Shown here in pieces: positions 13,098 through 24,920 of a stretch of 64,000 bases of DNA. Within the stretch, counting starts at the first letter, position 1; every line of letters starts with the position of its first letter. A model generated the notes under the pieces. The model was given only the letters and a program-made list of their open reading frames with translations, made no database searches and was not told the DNA's origin. The stretch comes from Balamuthia mandrillaris (Eukaryota). The stretch is from positions 124,001 to 188,000 of the forward strand of contig JAVKOQ020000021.1 of the NCBI GenBank assembly GCA_031835245.2, written 5' to 3'. The translations under genes were made by a program, and so were the position numbers.

Positions 13098-13793
13098 TTT
13101 TTTTTTGTTTCAATGCTTCTCGCTACTAACTACTGAAAGGAAAAAAAATAATCCCAAAGAGAAGGAAAAAGATTAGGTGAAGCGAAAGAAAGAACGGTAG
13201 AGAGAAAGAAGAAACAGAGAGAAGAGAGGGAAAGAGAAGGGAAAGAGATGAGAAAAAAAAAAGGTACCGCTGATTTAGATTCGAGAAAAATCGTAGCTGT
13301 GGAGCGAATCTACAAAAAAAATAAATCAAGGAACTATTGTATTTTATTCATTTTTTTTTTTGTGTGAGAAAGATCGCCCACTCACTCACACAAAAAATAA
13401 AAATCAATCAATCTTTGGAGTAAAAAGGTCCTTACCTCTTCTCTCTCTCTCTCTTGCAACGCTCACTTCTTTTTTCTCTACTTTTTTTTTTTGGTTCCTT
13501 TCTTTTTCAGGTTTTTTATTTTTCTTCGGGAAAGGACGTCCTAATACAACGCAGAAGAAACGTTTCCGCCCAGCGAACCGTGTCCGCCGCGAAGAGCAGG
13601 CGTTACCGCTCTCATTCGCTGGGACTGTTTTCGCTCTAGCGTCGTGGTTCGAAGAAAACTAACGGAAAAATACTGATTTTCTGTCGCCAATCGGCATTTT
13701 TTAGGTTCAGTTCCACACGAGTTTTCCTCCTTGCTTCCGCCTGTTTTCGGGTCGATTTTCAATAAAAGAAAGTATACCGAAATTTCGACAAAA

Positions 13794-15209
13794 TCACGTT
13801 GTTAATATTTCTGCTTTCTCGCTCCTTTCCATCTTCTTCTTCTTGTTCTCTTCCTCTAGCGCCTGCTCTTCCGCGGTGGCACCCGAAAGCCCTTTCTCCT
13901 TGGCCACAGCGCACAGAACCCGCCATAGCACATCGCTCTTGCTCTCCTCCACAGGATAAAAGTAGGCCAACACGTCGCCATCGTACCGCCACCGCTCCTT
14001 TCCTATGGGACAGGCATCCCTGATCCGCAACAAGGTGGCTGCGTTACGCCATCCTTCCTTGCAGGCTACTGCCGTCCACTGTTTTATCTCCTCTTTGGCA
14101 GCCTCGGGCATGATGGAGAAAAGCAGTTTGGGTGGTTCAGGGAGATGGCTGGGGAATGGGAGGTCAAAGACAACCACGCAGCGGAACACGAACCAGACGC
14201 CGTATTCGGGATGGCAGCACCACATCGTGTCTTGGTCGTACGGAAAATGACCTTTTTTTTTGAGCATTTGAAAATGGAAATGAGAACGTCAATAGAACAA
14301 AGACTAATAACAGCCACGGAAGAACAAATACAATAAAAGATAAAGATAGAAAAAGAAAAATAAAAAGAAAATGAAAAAGAAAAAGACAAAGAAAGAGAAA
14401 GAGAAAAAGAAAAAGATAAAGAAAAGAAAAAGAAAAAAGAAAAACGAAAAAAGAAAAAAGAAAGAAAAAGCAAAATAAAAAGAAAAAATAAAAAGCAAAA
14501 GCAAAAGAAAAAGAATAAACAGAAAAAGAAGAAGAAAAGAACGAACCAGTAACATGTCCAGCCGTTTGTATGTGAACATACTTGCCACCACGAGGGCCAT
14601 GCCAGTCGAACCGCAGGTCATAGCGACGGCTCCCAAAGGGCTCCTCCGCCAGGACGCCCTCCACCGCGGTCTTGCACCACGTGTCGACAGGGTCCTTGAT
14701 GACCGTGCCTCTTCGCAACGTCGGCACCACCACCCTTTGCCTTGGCCCCGTCCCTGCAGTTGTGTTCACTTGTTGCTGTTGCTGTTCTTCTTTTTCATCT
14801 TCTCTGCTTGTGGTTCTGCAGCTCTCGTCGTCTTCTTCAGGGTTTTGTTGTTGATACTGGGCGAACAGCCAGTCTATGAACTCGGGCCAAAAGGTTTTGG
14901 TGCAGCCGATGACCAGGCCCAGGGCGTCGGGCACCTCAAAGTCAGGCAAAGGATGCCTCTTGGCTTTGGCGTTATAGTCGGAGACCTAGAGTTGGTGTTT
15001 GTTTTTTTTTTTTTCGCTTTGGTCAGGCTACCATATTTTTGTTGTCGTTTTCGTTTTGGATCTGTTTTTACCCGAAAGGGAGAGCATATGTCGAAACCTC
15101 TATCCTTCAAACGTGTCTGCAGCTGTTTGACGAAGGCGAAAGCGTCCTCGGACTCCGTGGCCGTCATCGGTGATGATGGGGCAGTGGAAGTCCTCTCGTC
15201 GTGACACAT
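13794..15209 (-). CDS. MMACHC: Cobalamin trafficking protein CblC-like (cyanocobalamin reductase/alkylcobalamin dealkylase)
   Basis: RGFDICSPF, LVIGCTKTFWPEF, DPVDTW, VHIQTAGHVTG, CHPEYGVWFVFRCVVVF, RDACP and RYDGDVLAYFY follow the MMACHC motif order. 3' end approximate. Confidence 0.8.
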
Positions 15210-15281
15210 TCTCTTTCTTTTTAGTGGTCGGCGCAGTTTTTGTCGACGGATTTTAAGGTGTAAAGTCTCTCGCTTCCTTAA

Positions 15282-15425
15282 GGGGGCGTGCTCGGGTTCG
15301 TCCCATACTCGAAGGGCTACTGCAGGGCATTTTAGCAAAAATTATGGGATTTGATTTGTGCTGAGGAAGTGCACCAACTGAGCAATGGATGTTGAGAAGT
15401 GTTTTATTGAGCTACAGCTTTTGTG
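15282..15425 (+). repeat. Left terminal inverted repeat (144 bp)
   Basis: Reverse complement of 17325-17338 joined to 21794-21923. Confidence 0.92.
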
Positions 15426-16914
15426 CTCTCACACTGCAGAGGAGCGGGAGCGGGCCACAACAACCGCAGAAAAAGGAGCCGAGGGTAAAGGTGAAGAGCA
15501 GTGAGGCGCAGTGGCTCGTGGCTTGTGAGGCCGCAAGTAGTGTTGAAAGGCGCTTTGATCGGAGACGAACTCGGCCAAACGCTTCTTCTGGCCCTCCGCG
15601 GTGGAATCGCCCTTATAGGTCTTGAAGAGGCCGAAGAGAGTGAGTTGTGCCTCAAGCGCTTTCCCTTTGAGCTTGCTCACCTCTTCAACTGTGGACACTT
15701 TAGCAACAGAAAGATCAAGCGCCGTTTTCTGCTTCTTCTGCTTTGTGTGTGTGTCCTCTTCAAAGACTGGAGCAAGGCTCTTTTGATGCTTGTCCAGGTA
15801 AGCGTCCCCCTTTTTTTTTGAGATTTTTTCTCTTGCTCCGCTCTGGCCTTTTGTTGTTGACGCAACTCTTGTTCTCTTTTCTTGAAGGCCTTGCTTTGCT
15901 TCCTTTTTCGATTTCGCTTCTCCTGTTCATCCAAGTTGTCCAAATGTTGCTGGACGCTGGTCGTTATATCAAGTTGAATGGCGAGGGGGCGTGCTCGGAT
16001 CATAAGGATCAGTCGTGTCGTCTTGAAAAAAAGTCGAGTGTTCCGGTCACGCTTGATCTACGTGTGTTTTACTGCTTTTGTTTCCATTCCCCCCGATCAA
16101 GGGGATTTTTTTTTTGTCGAGCAGGAGGGGAGGTGGTGTAGACGGCAACATGGTTTTGTATGGGTTTCCCTGCTAATGGTCCCACCCTCCAAACGTCCCC
16201 AAAAATTTTTTCGTGACGAAAACAACACAAACAAAATAAAAAAGTAAACATGAAGCGAGACCGAGCTGCATACAAACGTGAGTGGCGAGCAAAAAAGAAA
16301 AGAGAAAGGGAGGAGAAGGAACAGGAGGAACAGGAGCAACTTAAAAAAAGGCGAGAACAAAAGAATGCTTTAGCCCGTCATTGCCGAGCACGGTTATCCG
16401 CAGGAGGAGGCTGAAAATGAACACAGGCTGGGTTTTCCTTCAGGTTTGTCTTTATCTTTGCCTTGCCCTTCCTTGCTTTCTCCTTTGCTCTTTAACCTCA
16501 CCCTCTTCACCCTCAGTTTCACCTTCGTCCTCGCCCTCGCCCTCGACCTCAAAGGAACAGTGCCAGCTCCAGAAAGAAAAACGATGTAAGCAGATGGCAA
16601 AGAGCCAAAGGCGTCTTCGAGCTCAGCAACAACAAGAAAAGGAGGAACAAGAAGCCAAGACACGGCGAAAAAGGCAGCTCCAGAAAGAAAGAACGCAACG
16701 CCACCGAAACAAGTGTCGAAAAGAAGAAGAGGAAAAGAAATCTCAGCAAAAGGAAGCTGCTGAGTCACTGAGCTCTTTGCTTACCCCATTCTCTTCTTTA
16801 ACCATACCTTCGTTTGCACTCCCTGCCTTGCTTCGTCACTCACCAGCAGGCTCCTTGAGCATCCCAGCATGTATGGTACCCTCCTTCTTGAGCCACTTGC
16901 CAACCACTTTTTTG

Positions 16915-17100
16915 TCAACCTCTTCACTGACCTCTTTGACAACCTCTTCGCCGACCTCCTCTTCGCTGACCTCCTCTTCGCCGACCTCCTCTTCGCCAAC
17001 CTCCTCTTCACCAACCTCCTCTTCGCCGACCTCCTCTTCGCCAACCTCCTCTTTGCCAACCTCCTCTTTGCCGACCTCCTCTTCGTCGCCCTCCTCTTCA
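16915..17100. repeat. 15-bp minisatellite (CCTCCTCTTCGCCRA)n inside the TIR element
   Basis: About 10 degenerate units, reading TSSSP on + or EEEVG on -. Confidence 0.85.
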
Positions 17101-17232
17101 CCAGGCTCCTCATCAAGGCCTACACCAAAAATCGAGTTGAATGGGAACAGATTAATAGCAGATATTGAACCGCCTCTATCCAACACTTTTTATCTAATCT
17201 TACGACCTTACTCCTCCACTCATCTTTCTCTC

Positions 17233-17273
<41 letters not shown>

Positions 17274-17338
17274 TCATTGCTACGAGTTCTTGTTTTCTGC
17301 TCTTTCTTCTTTTCACTGCGCCACCACAAAAGCTGCAG

Positions 17339-17528
17339 TGTTAGCAGAGTAAATAGGTATATGGGAAAAGAGTATGTATTGTAGTCTGTAACTGTAGAGA
17401 TAAACATAAAGATAGTGTTGGTATAAAAAGGATTGGTATCGTGGTCCTTATGGTGGTTTCGTGTTATCGTGTTCGTGTTCGTTCCTTCCTTATGTGGGGT
17501 AATGAGATGAGGGGTCTCTCAATTAACA
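17339..17528 (-). repeat. 3' LTR (190 bp)
   Basis: Matches 21599-21788 except for one base (17517 T vs 21777 A). Preceded on the minus strand by purine tract AAGTGGGAG. Confidence 0.97.
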
Positions 17529-20500
17529 CTCCCACTTGATCCCGATTCTCTTGTCTCATTCCGATGTCCGTGATTAGTTTGACGTGTTTGTCTCGCGGTA
17601 GGGGTTTGGTCAGAACATCGGCGGGCATCTCGTCGCTGGCCATGTACTCCAGCTTGATGGTACCCTTCTTGGTTTCTTCCCTGATCTTGTGGTGTCGAAT
17701 GTCGATGTGCTTTGTTCTGGAGTGGTTTCCTGGGTTCTTGGACAGTTCGATACATCCAATGTTGTCCTCGTAGATGATGGTAGGTCCCTCTTGGGTTTCT
17801 CCGATATCGTCTAGCAGTCTTCTTAACCAGATAGCTTCTTTGGTTGCTTCGGTGATACTCATATATTCGGCTTCGGTTGTAGATAGCGCGACGGTCTTCT
17901 GTTTTCTCGATTGCCATGATATTGGTCCTCCGCAGAATTTGAAGACATATCCCGTGGTCGATCTTCTTGAGTCGATGTTGTTGGCGTAGTCGGCGTCGGC
18001 GTATCCAATAAGTTTCGAAGCGTTAGCGTCGTTGGTGTCGAAGGTGATACCGTGGTTTCTTGTTCCGTTGAGGTAGCGAAAGATTCTTTTTAGGGCTTTC
18101 CAGTGTTCCACTTTGGGGTCAGCTGTGAATCTAGCGAGCTCGTTAACGGCAAATGCTATGTCGGGTCTGGTTCCGGTGGCTGCGTACATTAAGCTTCCGA
18201 TTGCGTTTCGGTAAGGAACCTTGGGGTCGAGCTTCCTCGAATTGCTATACTTCGTTAGCTTTACTCCCACTTGCGTTGGGGTGTCGATTGGCCTGCTTTT
18301 GTGCATGTTGTACTTCTCGAGCATATTGCTGATGTAGGTAGGTTGGAGTAGTGTTGTGCGTCGGTTCTGTCGGTCGCGTTTGATCTGGATTCCGAGGATG
18401 AATTGGGCTGGTCCCAAGTCCTTCACGTCGTAGTGTGACTTCAAGTCGTTCTTGAACTTGTTGATGTTCTCGGTTGTTCCCGCGATCAGTAGGTCGTCAA
18501 CGTACAGTCCGATGATGATGATGTTGTTGTTCTCCCATTTGAAGTAGATGCAGCAGTCGGCTGATGCTTTTTCGAAGCCAAGGTCAACGAGAGTGCTATC
18601 AAATTCTCCGTTCCACTCTCTTGCTCCTTGCTTCGTGCCGTATAGTCCCTTTTCTAAGAGGCAGACGTCGTCGGGATGCTCGGGGTCGACGAATCCTACA
18701 GGTTGCTCCATGTAGATGACTTCTTTCATGGTAGCGTTGAGGAATGCTGTGACAATATCCAACTGGTGGAGTTCTAGGTCGTAGAATGTCGCAAAGGCTA
18801 TGATGATTCTAATCGATGTCATTCGAACGACTGGTGCATAGACTTCGAAGTAGTCGACTCCTTTCACTTGAGTGAAGCCTTTGGCAACGAGTCGGGCCTT
18901 GTATCGTTCGATCTCGCCGTGGGCATTCCGCTTAATTCTGAATGTCCATTTGTTCTTGACGATGGTTCTCTCTCTTCCGGGTCGTTTAACGAGTCGCCAA
19001 GTTTTGTTCTTCATCAGAGCTTCGAACTCTTCTGACATCGCCTTAAGCCACTTCTCTCGATCTGGTCCGTTGATTGCTTCTTCGTAGGTTTTTGGTTCCC
19101 CGATGATTGCTGTGATCAGCGCGTAGGTGACCAGGTTGGCACTCTTCTTCTTGGGATCCTCTTCGATGAGTCGCGAGGTTATCGTGATAGCTCGTTTCCC
19201 GTCTGCTCGTGGCTTTTTGAGGAATGAAAATGCAGGGTTGGTTGTCTTCTTATCGATGATGGCTTTGCCGTTTCCGTCGCTGCTGTTGATAGGTTGCTTG
19301 CCTTTGGTTTCGCCTGCGTTCTCATCAGCCTTAGTTTCGCTGTCTTCGCCTTCCTCCTCTTCATCTTCGCTTGAGTCAGAGTCTTCTTTGTCGCTTAGGT
19401 CTGAAGTTTGCATCCTCTTCGGTTGCTCAGGCTTGTTTTTGATGGAGGTGAGTTTTTCTTTCTCATCGTCCATTGTGCTCCGTTCAGGTTGGATGAACTT
19501 TACGTTGCGTGAAAGAGTAATTCTCTTTGTCTTTGGGTTGTAGAGGGTATGTGCCTTAGACGTTTCGCTGGGTCCAAGGTAGATGAGCTCCTTCGCTTTG
19601 GCATCTAGTTTCTTTCGGTCGTTACTGGGTATGAGCGTCCACGCTCTGCTTCCAAAGATTTGGATGTGTCAGAGAAACGGTTTCTTTCCAGTCCAAGCTT
19701 CTTCTGGCGTCATTCCGTTGACTGCGCTGGTGCCAGTGCGGTTCGTGATAGAGTTCGCCATGTTGATGGCTGGCCCCCAATATTTCTCGTCCAGGTCAGC
19801 GTGTTGAAGCATACATCGTGCTTTCTCCATAAGCGTCCTGTTTTTTCTTTCAGCGACTCCGTTCTGCTCCGGTGTATGGGGTGCAGACGTTTGGGTTTGT
19901 ATACCGTTCTTGTGTAGGTGGTTTCTGAAGTTTTTGCTAATGTATTCGCCGCCGTTGTCGCTTCGTAGTGCCTTGATCCTTTTGCCGCTTTGGTTGGTGG
20001 CCAAAGCTTCGAATTCTTGGAATCGTTCCAGTGCACCGTCCTTCGTGGCCAGTCCGTAGACCCAGGTTCGTCTGGTCAGGTCGTCCGTGAAGGTAATGAA
20101 GTATCTGGACCCTCCGATGGAGGTCTGCATTGGTCCGCATATGTCCGTGTGCACTAATTCGAGCTTCTCTGTGGCTCGAGTGGCTGGTTCTGTACTAACG
20201 GGGTTTCGGGATTGCTTGCCCTTGAGGCAGGCAGTACACGGTGCGAGGGTTGCGCCGCTGGGTATATCAATTCCGTTCGTGATCTTCGGTAGTTCCTTCA
20301 GCTTTTCAATGCTGATGTGGCCCAAACGTTTGTGCCATTCGTCCACTGCGGTATTAGCGTGCTCTTTTCGCGGCTCTGGTTTGCCTTGGAGGTGGTATAG
20401 TCCGTCTTCCTCCAATATTCCGATACCGATGACCATTCCGTCCTGTTTGAGTCTGGTGACTCCGCCGGATGAGGAAATGGTTATTCCTCTTCGGTCCAGG

Positions 20501-21534
20501 GTCGTCGTGGATATTAGCGTTTTGTCGAATCCGTCGACGTAGAGTACATCTTGGAAAACACACGTTTCGTGTCCGTACTTTGTCTCTGTTATATAACGTA
20601 GGTTACCAGCTTCCGTGGCGGTTATCTTTTCGCCGTTTGCAAAGTAGACCTTGGTTGGTTTTGTTGGCTTACAGTCCGTTAGCAGGCCTTTGTTACCCGT
20701 CATGTGGCAGGATGCTCCGGAGTCCAAGATTATGTCTCCGGTTGGTGATCCTCCTTTGAGCGACACGTTCATCATTCGCTCTCCTTTCTTTTTCTTACTA
20801 CCGTTCTGACTGCGGCAGTTCTTCGCTATGTGTCCAAATCCATGGCACTTGTAGCACTCGATATCTTTATCTTTCTTCTCTCGGCGACCGTGGTCCTTTC
20901 TGTTTCCACGTTGTCTATGGCGTCCGTACATGATTGATTCGCCTTTGCCGTCGAACTTGCTTTTCTTTCGGGCAGCTTCGAGTCTAAGTTTGTCCAATAT
21001 CTCCTCGTAGGTGCTGCTGTCCTTCAAGGATAGCGTTAGCGAAGAAGAGACGTGCTCCAGGCTTTCTGGTAAGCTGTTTAGGAGGTAGTGGATCTTTTCG
21101 TCCTCAGGTATCGAAGCGTTGCTGAAGATTAGGTCCGCCTCGCCGATCAAGCTGTCGAACTTATCGAGGTGTTTGTCGAGGTCCTGATTGTCCCTCATTT
21201 TCGTAGCAAGTTTGGTGCGGAGCTCGGTCCTTCTAGTGGCGTCGGCCTTGTCGTATTTCTCGCAAAGCCTATCCCACTGTTCTTTCGCGCTTTCAAGGTT
21301 CGTCACCCGTCTCAAGAGTGGTAGGGTGAGACAGCTACAGATCAAACCGCTGGCTATGGCGTCGTTCGCCGGATTAAACTCGATGTCTTCCTGCTTTTTG
21401 CTGCTGCTGGCTCCTATGGTTATCGTTCCGTCGACGTAGCCCCATACGCCCTTGCTCTTCAAGAGCGTTCTCATCTGGCATTTCCAATCCTGGAATCCAT
21501 GTCCGTCGAACGGTTTGATTTTCAACTTGCCCAT
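17464..21534 (-). pseudogene. Copia gag-pol polyprotein with one in-frame TGA at 19669-19671
   Basis: Zn knuckle CYKCHGFGHIAKNC, protease DSGAS, integrase HKRLGH/CTAC and D-D-E (HTDICGP, SDNGGEY, GVAERKN), RT YVDD, RNase H YADADYA. Both ORFs are in one frame (GKKPFL*HIQIFGSRAW). Confidence 0.93.
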
Positions 21535-21585
21535 CGTGCAGTGTGTTTGAAGGAGATTGTGAGTGTAGCGGTTTTAGTTTGACTG

Positions 21586-21598
21586 TGGGCCCATAACC
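21586..21598 (-). promoter_or_regulatory. Primer binding site GGTTATGGGCCCA (internal half of initiator tRNA-Met)
   Basis: Immediately follows the 5' LTR. Matches the Drosophila copia-type PBS complementary to the tRNAiMet anticodon region. Confidence 0.85.
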
Positions 21599-21788
21599 TG
21601 TTAGCAGAGTAAATAGGTATATGGGAAAAGAGTATGTATTGTAGTCTGTAACTGTAGAGATAAACATAAAGATAGTGTTGGTATAAAAAGGATTGGTATC
21701 GTGGTCCTTATGGTGGTTTCGTGTTATCGTGTTCGTGTTCGTTCCTTCCTTATGTGGGGTAATGAGATGAGGGGTCACTCAATTAACA
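21599..21788 (-). repeat. 5' LTR (190 bp)
   Basis: Direct repeat of 17339-17528, followed on the minus strand by the PBS. Confidence 0.97.
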
Positions 21789-21923
21789 TGCAGCTCAATA
21801 AAACACTTCTCAACATCCATTGCTCAGTTGGTGCACTTCCTCAGCACATATCAAATCCCATAATTTTTGCTAAAATGCCCTGCAGTAGCCCTTCGAGTAT
21901 GGGACGAACCCGAGCACGCCCCC
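21789..21923 (-). repeat. Outer part of right terminal inverted repeat (inner 14 bp at 17325-17338, split by Copia)
   Basis: Inverted match to the left TIR, followed by TTAA. Confidence 0.92.
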
Positions 21924-22371
21924 TTAAGATAAATCATGTCGTCGTGAATTCCTCAAATTCCGCCAAGATTGTGGGAGGCCTTCCTCTGCCTGGTTTTGCT
22001 GTTGGGGTTGCGCTCCCTCGCCCATCTCTCCTTGTTTTGCTGTCGAACAAAAAGTGTAGCGAAACAAAACAAAAGAAGAAGAAAGTGGATAAACATGACT
22101 TCTTTCCCTCGTGCACAGCAAACCTTGCCGTGGTACACCCATCTTCCTCTTTGTTCGTGCGGCAGGTTTTTGGCGCCAAAATGCAAACCAAACCAAAAAA
22201 ATTAAAAATAAAATAAAAAATAAATTCAAAATATGCTCAATTATACAGGCAAGTTGTCGCACAGCAAAAATCGGTGTGTGGCCCTCACGTTATCGCAGGA
22301 AGCTCGCCGCCCCATCGATGTTCGCTTCGGCCCTCCCTATCGTCGGTACGACGTGGTCCCCGCAAAAGTCT

Positions 22372-22444
<73 letters not shown>

Positions 22445-22941
22445 GAATGAGACCCAAGAAGAAGAAGAAGAAGAAGAAGAAGAAGAAGGGAATCCCGTCC
22501 GATTCAACTTGTTCGCTATCTCTTTGACAAAAAATAAAAAGGAAAGTTTTCACCGCAACCAGTGGCCCCGGAGGGGGGAGGGGGGAGAGGTCCCCGAGTT
22601 TTCGACGAGGACCATCGCTTGATTGTGGCGGTGTCATACGATCGCCGCTTCCCTGACCCCCCCCATGACCGACCCACCTGACCGGAAACTTGGAAAAAGA
22701 AAGTCAACGAAGAATGGGAACGACGAGTTGTGGTGTGCGTTTGTTGTTGTTTTTTTCTAAAAGGTTTGGTTTAGGCTGGTTTGACAAGCGTACCCCTTCC
22801 CTCCCCCAACAAAAAGGACAAAAAACCCGAGTACTCTCTCCTCTCCTCTCCTCTTTTCTCCTCTCCATTTCTCTTCTCATCTTCTTCTTCTTCTTTTTTT
22901 TTTTGCAACTGAACACACACCATACACCAAGGAATGAAAAG

Positions 22942-24888
22942 ATGAGCTCAAACACAACAAGCAGCGAGGAGCGCATGCTGAGGAAGAGGGGCAGGAGACG
23001 TTCCTTCGATGGCCTCCAAAGCGGCACGCTGGAGGAGATGCTCTCGCCCTACGTGCCCTGGCTCGTCAAGAAGAGATGCCTTTCCCTCTCGCGCGAACGA
23101 CTCCAGAAGAAGAAGACCAAAGTGACGCAGAAAGAACAGGCGGAGGAAGGAGAGGAAGAGGAAAAAGACTGTCCGCGTTGCTTTGCCTTTGCGGGAGCGG
23201 TTGTCTTTGTGGATATCAGTGGCTATACTCCGTTGACAGAAGCGCTTTGTCGGTCCAGTGCTGAGGTTCTCTCGTCTCTTTCTCTTCTCTCTGATCTCTT
23301 TCTTGTTCTCGTTGCGTGTCAAGCTCTTCTGCTCTTTGCTTTACTGTGTCTTTCCTCTGCATCTTCCTTCTCTCTTCTCGTTGTTGTTCGCTTCTTTTCT
23401 CTTGTACTCTTCCCTTTCTCCATTTTGATGTTTTTGTTTAAATTGTTTGCAGAAAGGAGGAGAGTTGATGCATTTGGTCTTGAGGCGATTCTTCACGGAA
23501 CTGTTGAACTTGGTGGAAGAGTATGGTGGTGATGTCATAAAGGTTGTTCTTCTTTATTTCTTTCATTCTGTATTCTTCCTTTGTCTTCTTCTTCCCTTTT
23601 CTCTCCTCTCTTCTTTCCTATCTCTTCTCTCTTCTTATCCTTTTCATTCTGCTACCTTCGTCTTATTCCTTGTTTTCGTGCCTGCAGTTTGCTGGTGATG
23701 CTTTGCTGATAGTGTGGAGCTCACAAGAGGAAGATGATGGCAGTCACAAAGACAGCTCATCCTCTTCACCTGATACCAGCAACACCAACCATAGATCGAC
23801 GTTGGCTGCAACCGTTCGTTTGGCTACCCGCTTTGCAATGGCTGCTTCCAAGTTCGAGTGGAAGATGAACCTGGAAGCAGAGGAGGAAGAGGATATCTTG
23901 ATCAAGGACTTTGTTACTGATACAACCGTTCTCTCCATTCTGGAAAACATCACGTTGCGCGTTAAAGTCAGCGTTAGCGCTGGTATCTCTTCAAGCTCTC
24001 CCACAACGTTTTTCTTGTTCTGTTTCTTTTCTTCTGCGTTCTTTCTCTCGTTTAACTCTTTTGTTTGTTGTCGTTAATTGTGGTATAGGAGACGTAGTGG
24101 CGATGCAATTAGGCGGAGTGAATGGGCGATGGGAATACCTTTTGGCTGGAAAGCCGCTGGAGGAAATAGCAGCAACAGAGCAAGATGCTGCCGTTTCCAC
24201 TGTTGTCGTCACCTCATATGTTTGGTCCATGTTGAAGCCAAACAACAACCAAAAACCACAGGAAGCAAAAGAAGTATCACAAGAGCTAGAAGCTCCAACG
24301 GCAGAAGGAAACGAAGAACAAGATGAGCGAGGAGAATACTATGCCAAACAAATTCCATCTGGCAACTTCATCATTCGGAAAAAATACCAACCAAATGAAG
24401 ATGTCTTCTCATCAACTCAGACCACGATGCAAGATTCAGAAGACTATGAACAAGACGAAGATCAACAGCTTCTTCCAACGAGAAAGTTTCGTTCCAACGC
24501 CATAGTTGGGAGTGCATTATCGCCATCTTTTTCTCTCATGCGCATACGTAAAGAACGAGCCCTCATCAAACTTTCCATATCTTCCGAGCAACAAGGTCGA
24601 TTCAATTGGATGCAAGGTTATGTGCCTGAACCTCTACGAAAATGGTTGGAAGAAGGGTATAGTCTCCATCACTTGGCCGACATACGTCAAACCACGGTTT
24701 TGTTTATCGGATTGTGTGGACGTGCGTATTTTTTTTTCTTTCATTCGTTCTTTTGCTCCTTTATTCCAGAACTCCACCCTTCTACTATCGCTTTCTTCTT
24801 CACTTCACTTATCCTTTTTTTCTAAAGTGGACACCACCACTATGAACTGTTTCGAACCGTTGCAAAAAGCATTAACCAGTGCCGAAGT

Positions 24889-24920
<32 letters not shown>

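Larger units (their letters stand above)
17339..21788 (-). mobile_element. Ty1/Copia LTR retrotransposon, full length
   Basis: 190-bp LTRs (TG...CA), 5-bp TSD TGCAG (17334-17338, 21789-21793), PBS, PPT and gag-PR-IN-RT-RH domain order. Confidence 0.98.
15282..21923. mobile_element. TTAA-flanked TIR DNA transposon, Kolobok-like, non-autonomous (about 2.2 kb once the nested Copia is removed)
   Basis: TTAA at 15278-15281 and 21924-21927; termini GGGGGCGTGCTCGGG...CCCGAGCACGCCCCC; 144-bp TIRs with 2 mismatches; no transposase seen. Confidence 0.85.

Noticed and set aside
16915..17100. Possible CRISPR-like array
   Set aside because: The 15-bp units are contiguous with no unique spacers, and the context is eukaryotic.
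15278..21927. piggyBac or PIF/Harbinger assignment for the TIR element
   Set aside because: The termini begin GG, not CC, and a 3-bp TWA duplication would make the ends asymmetric.
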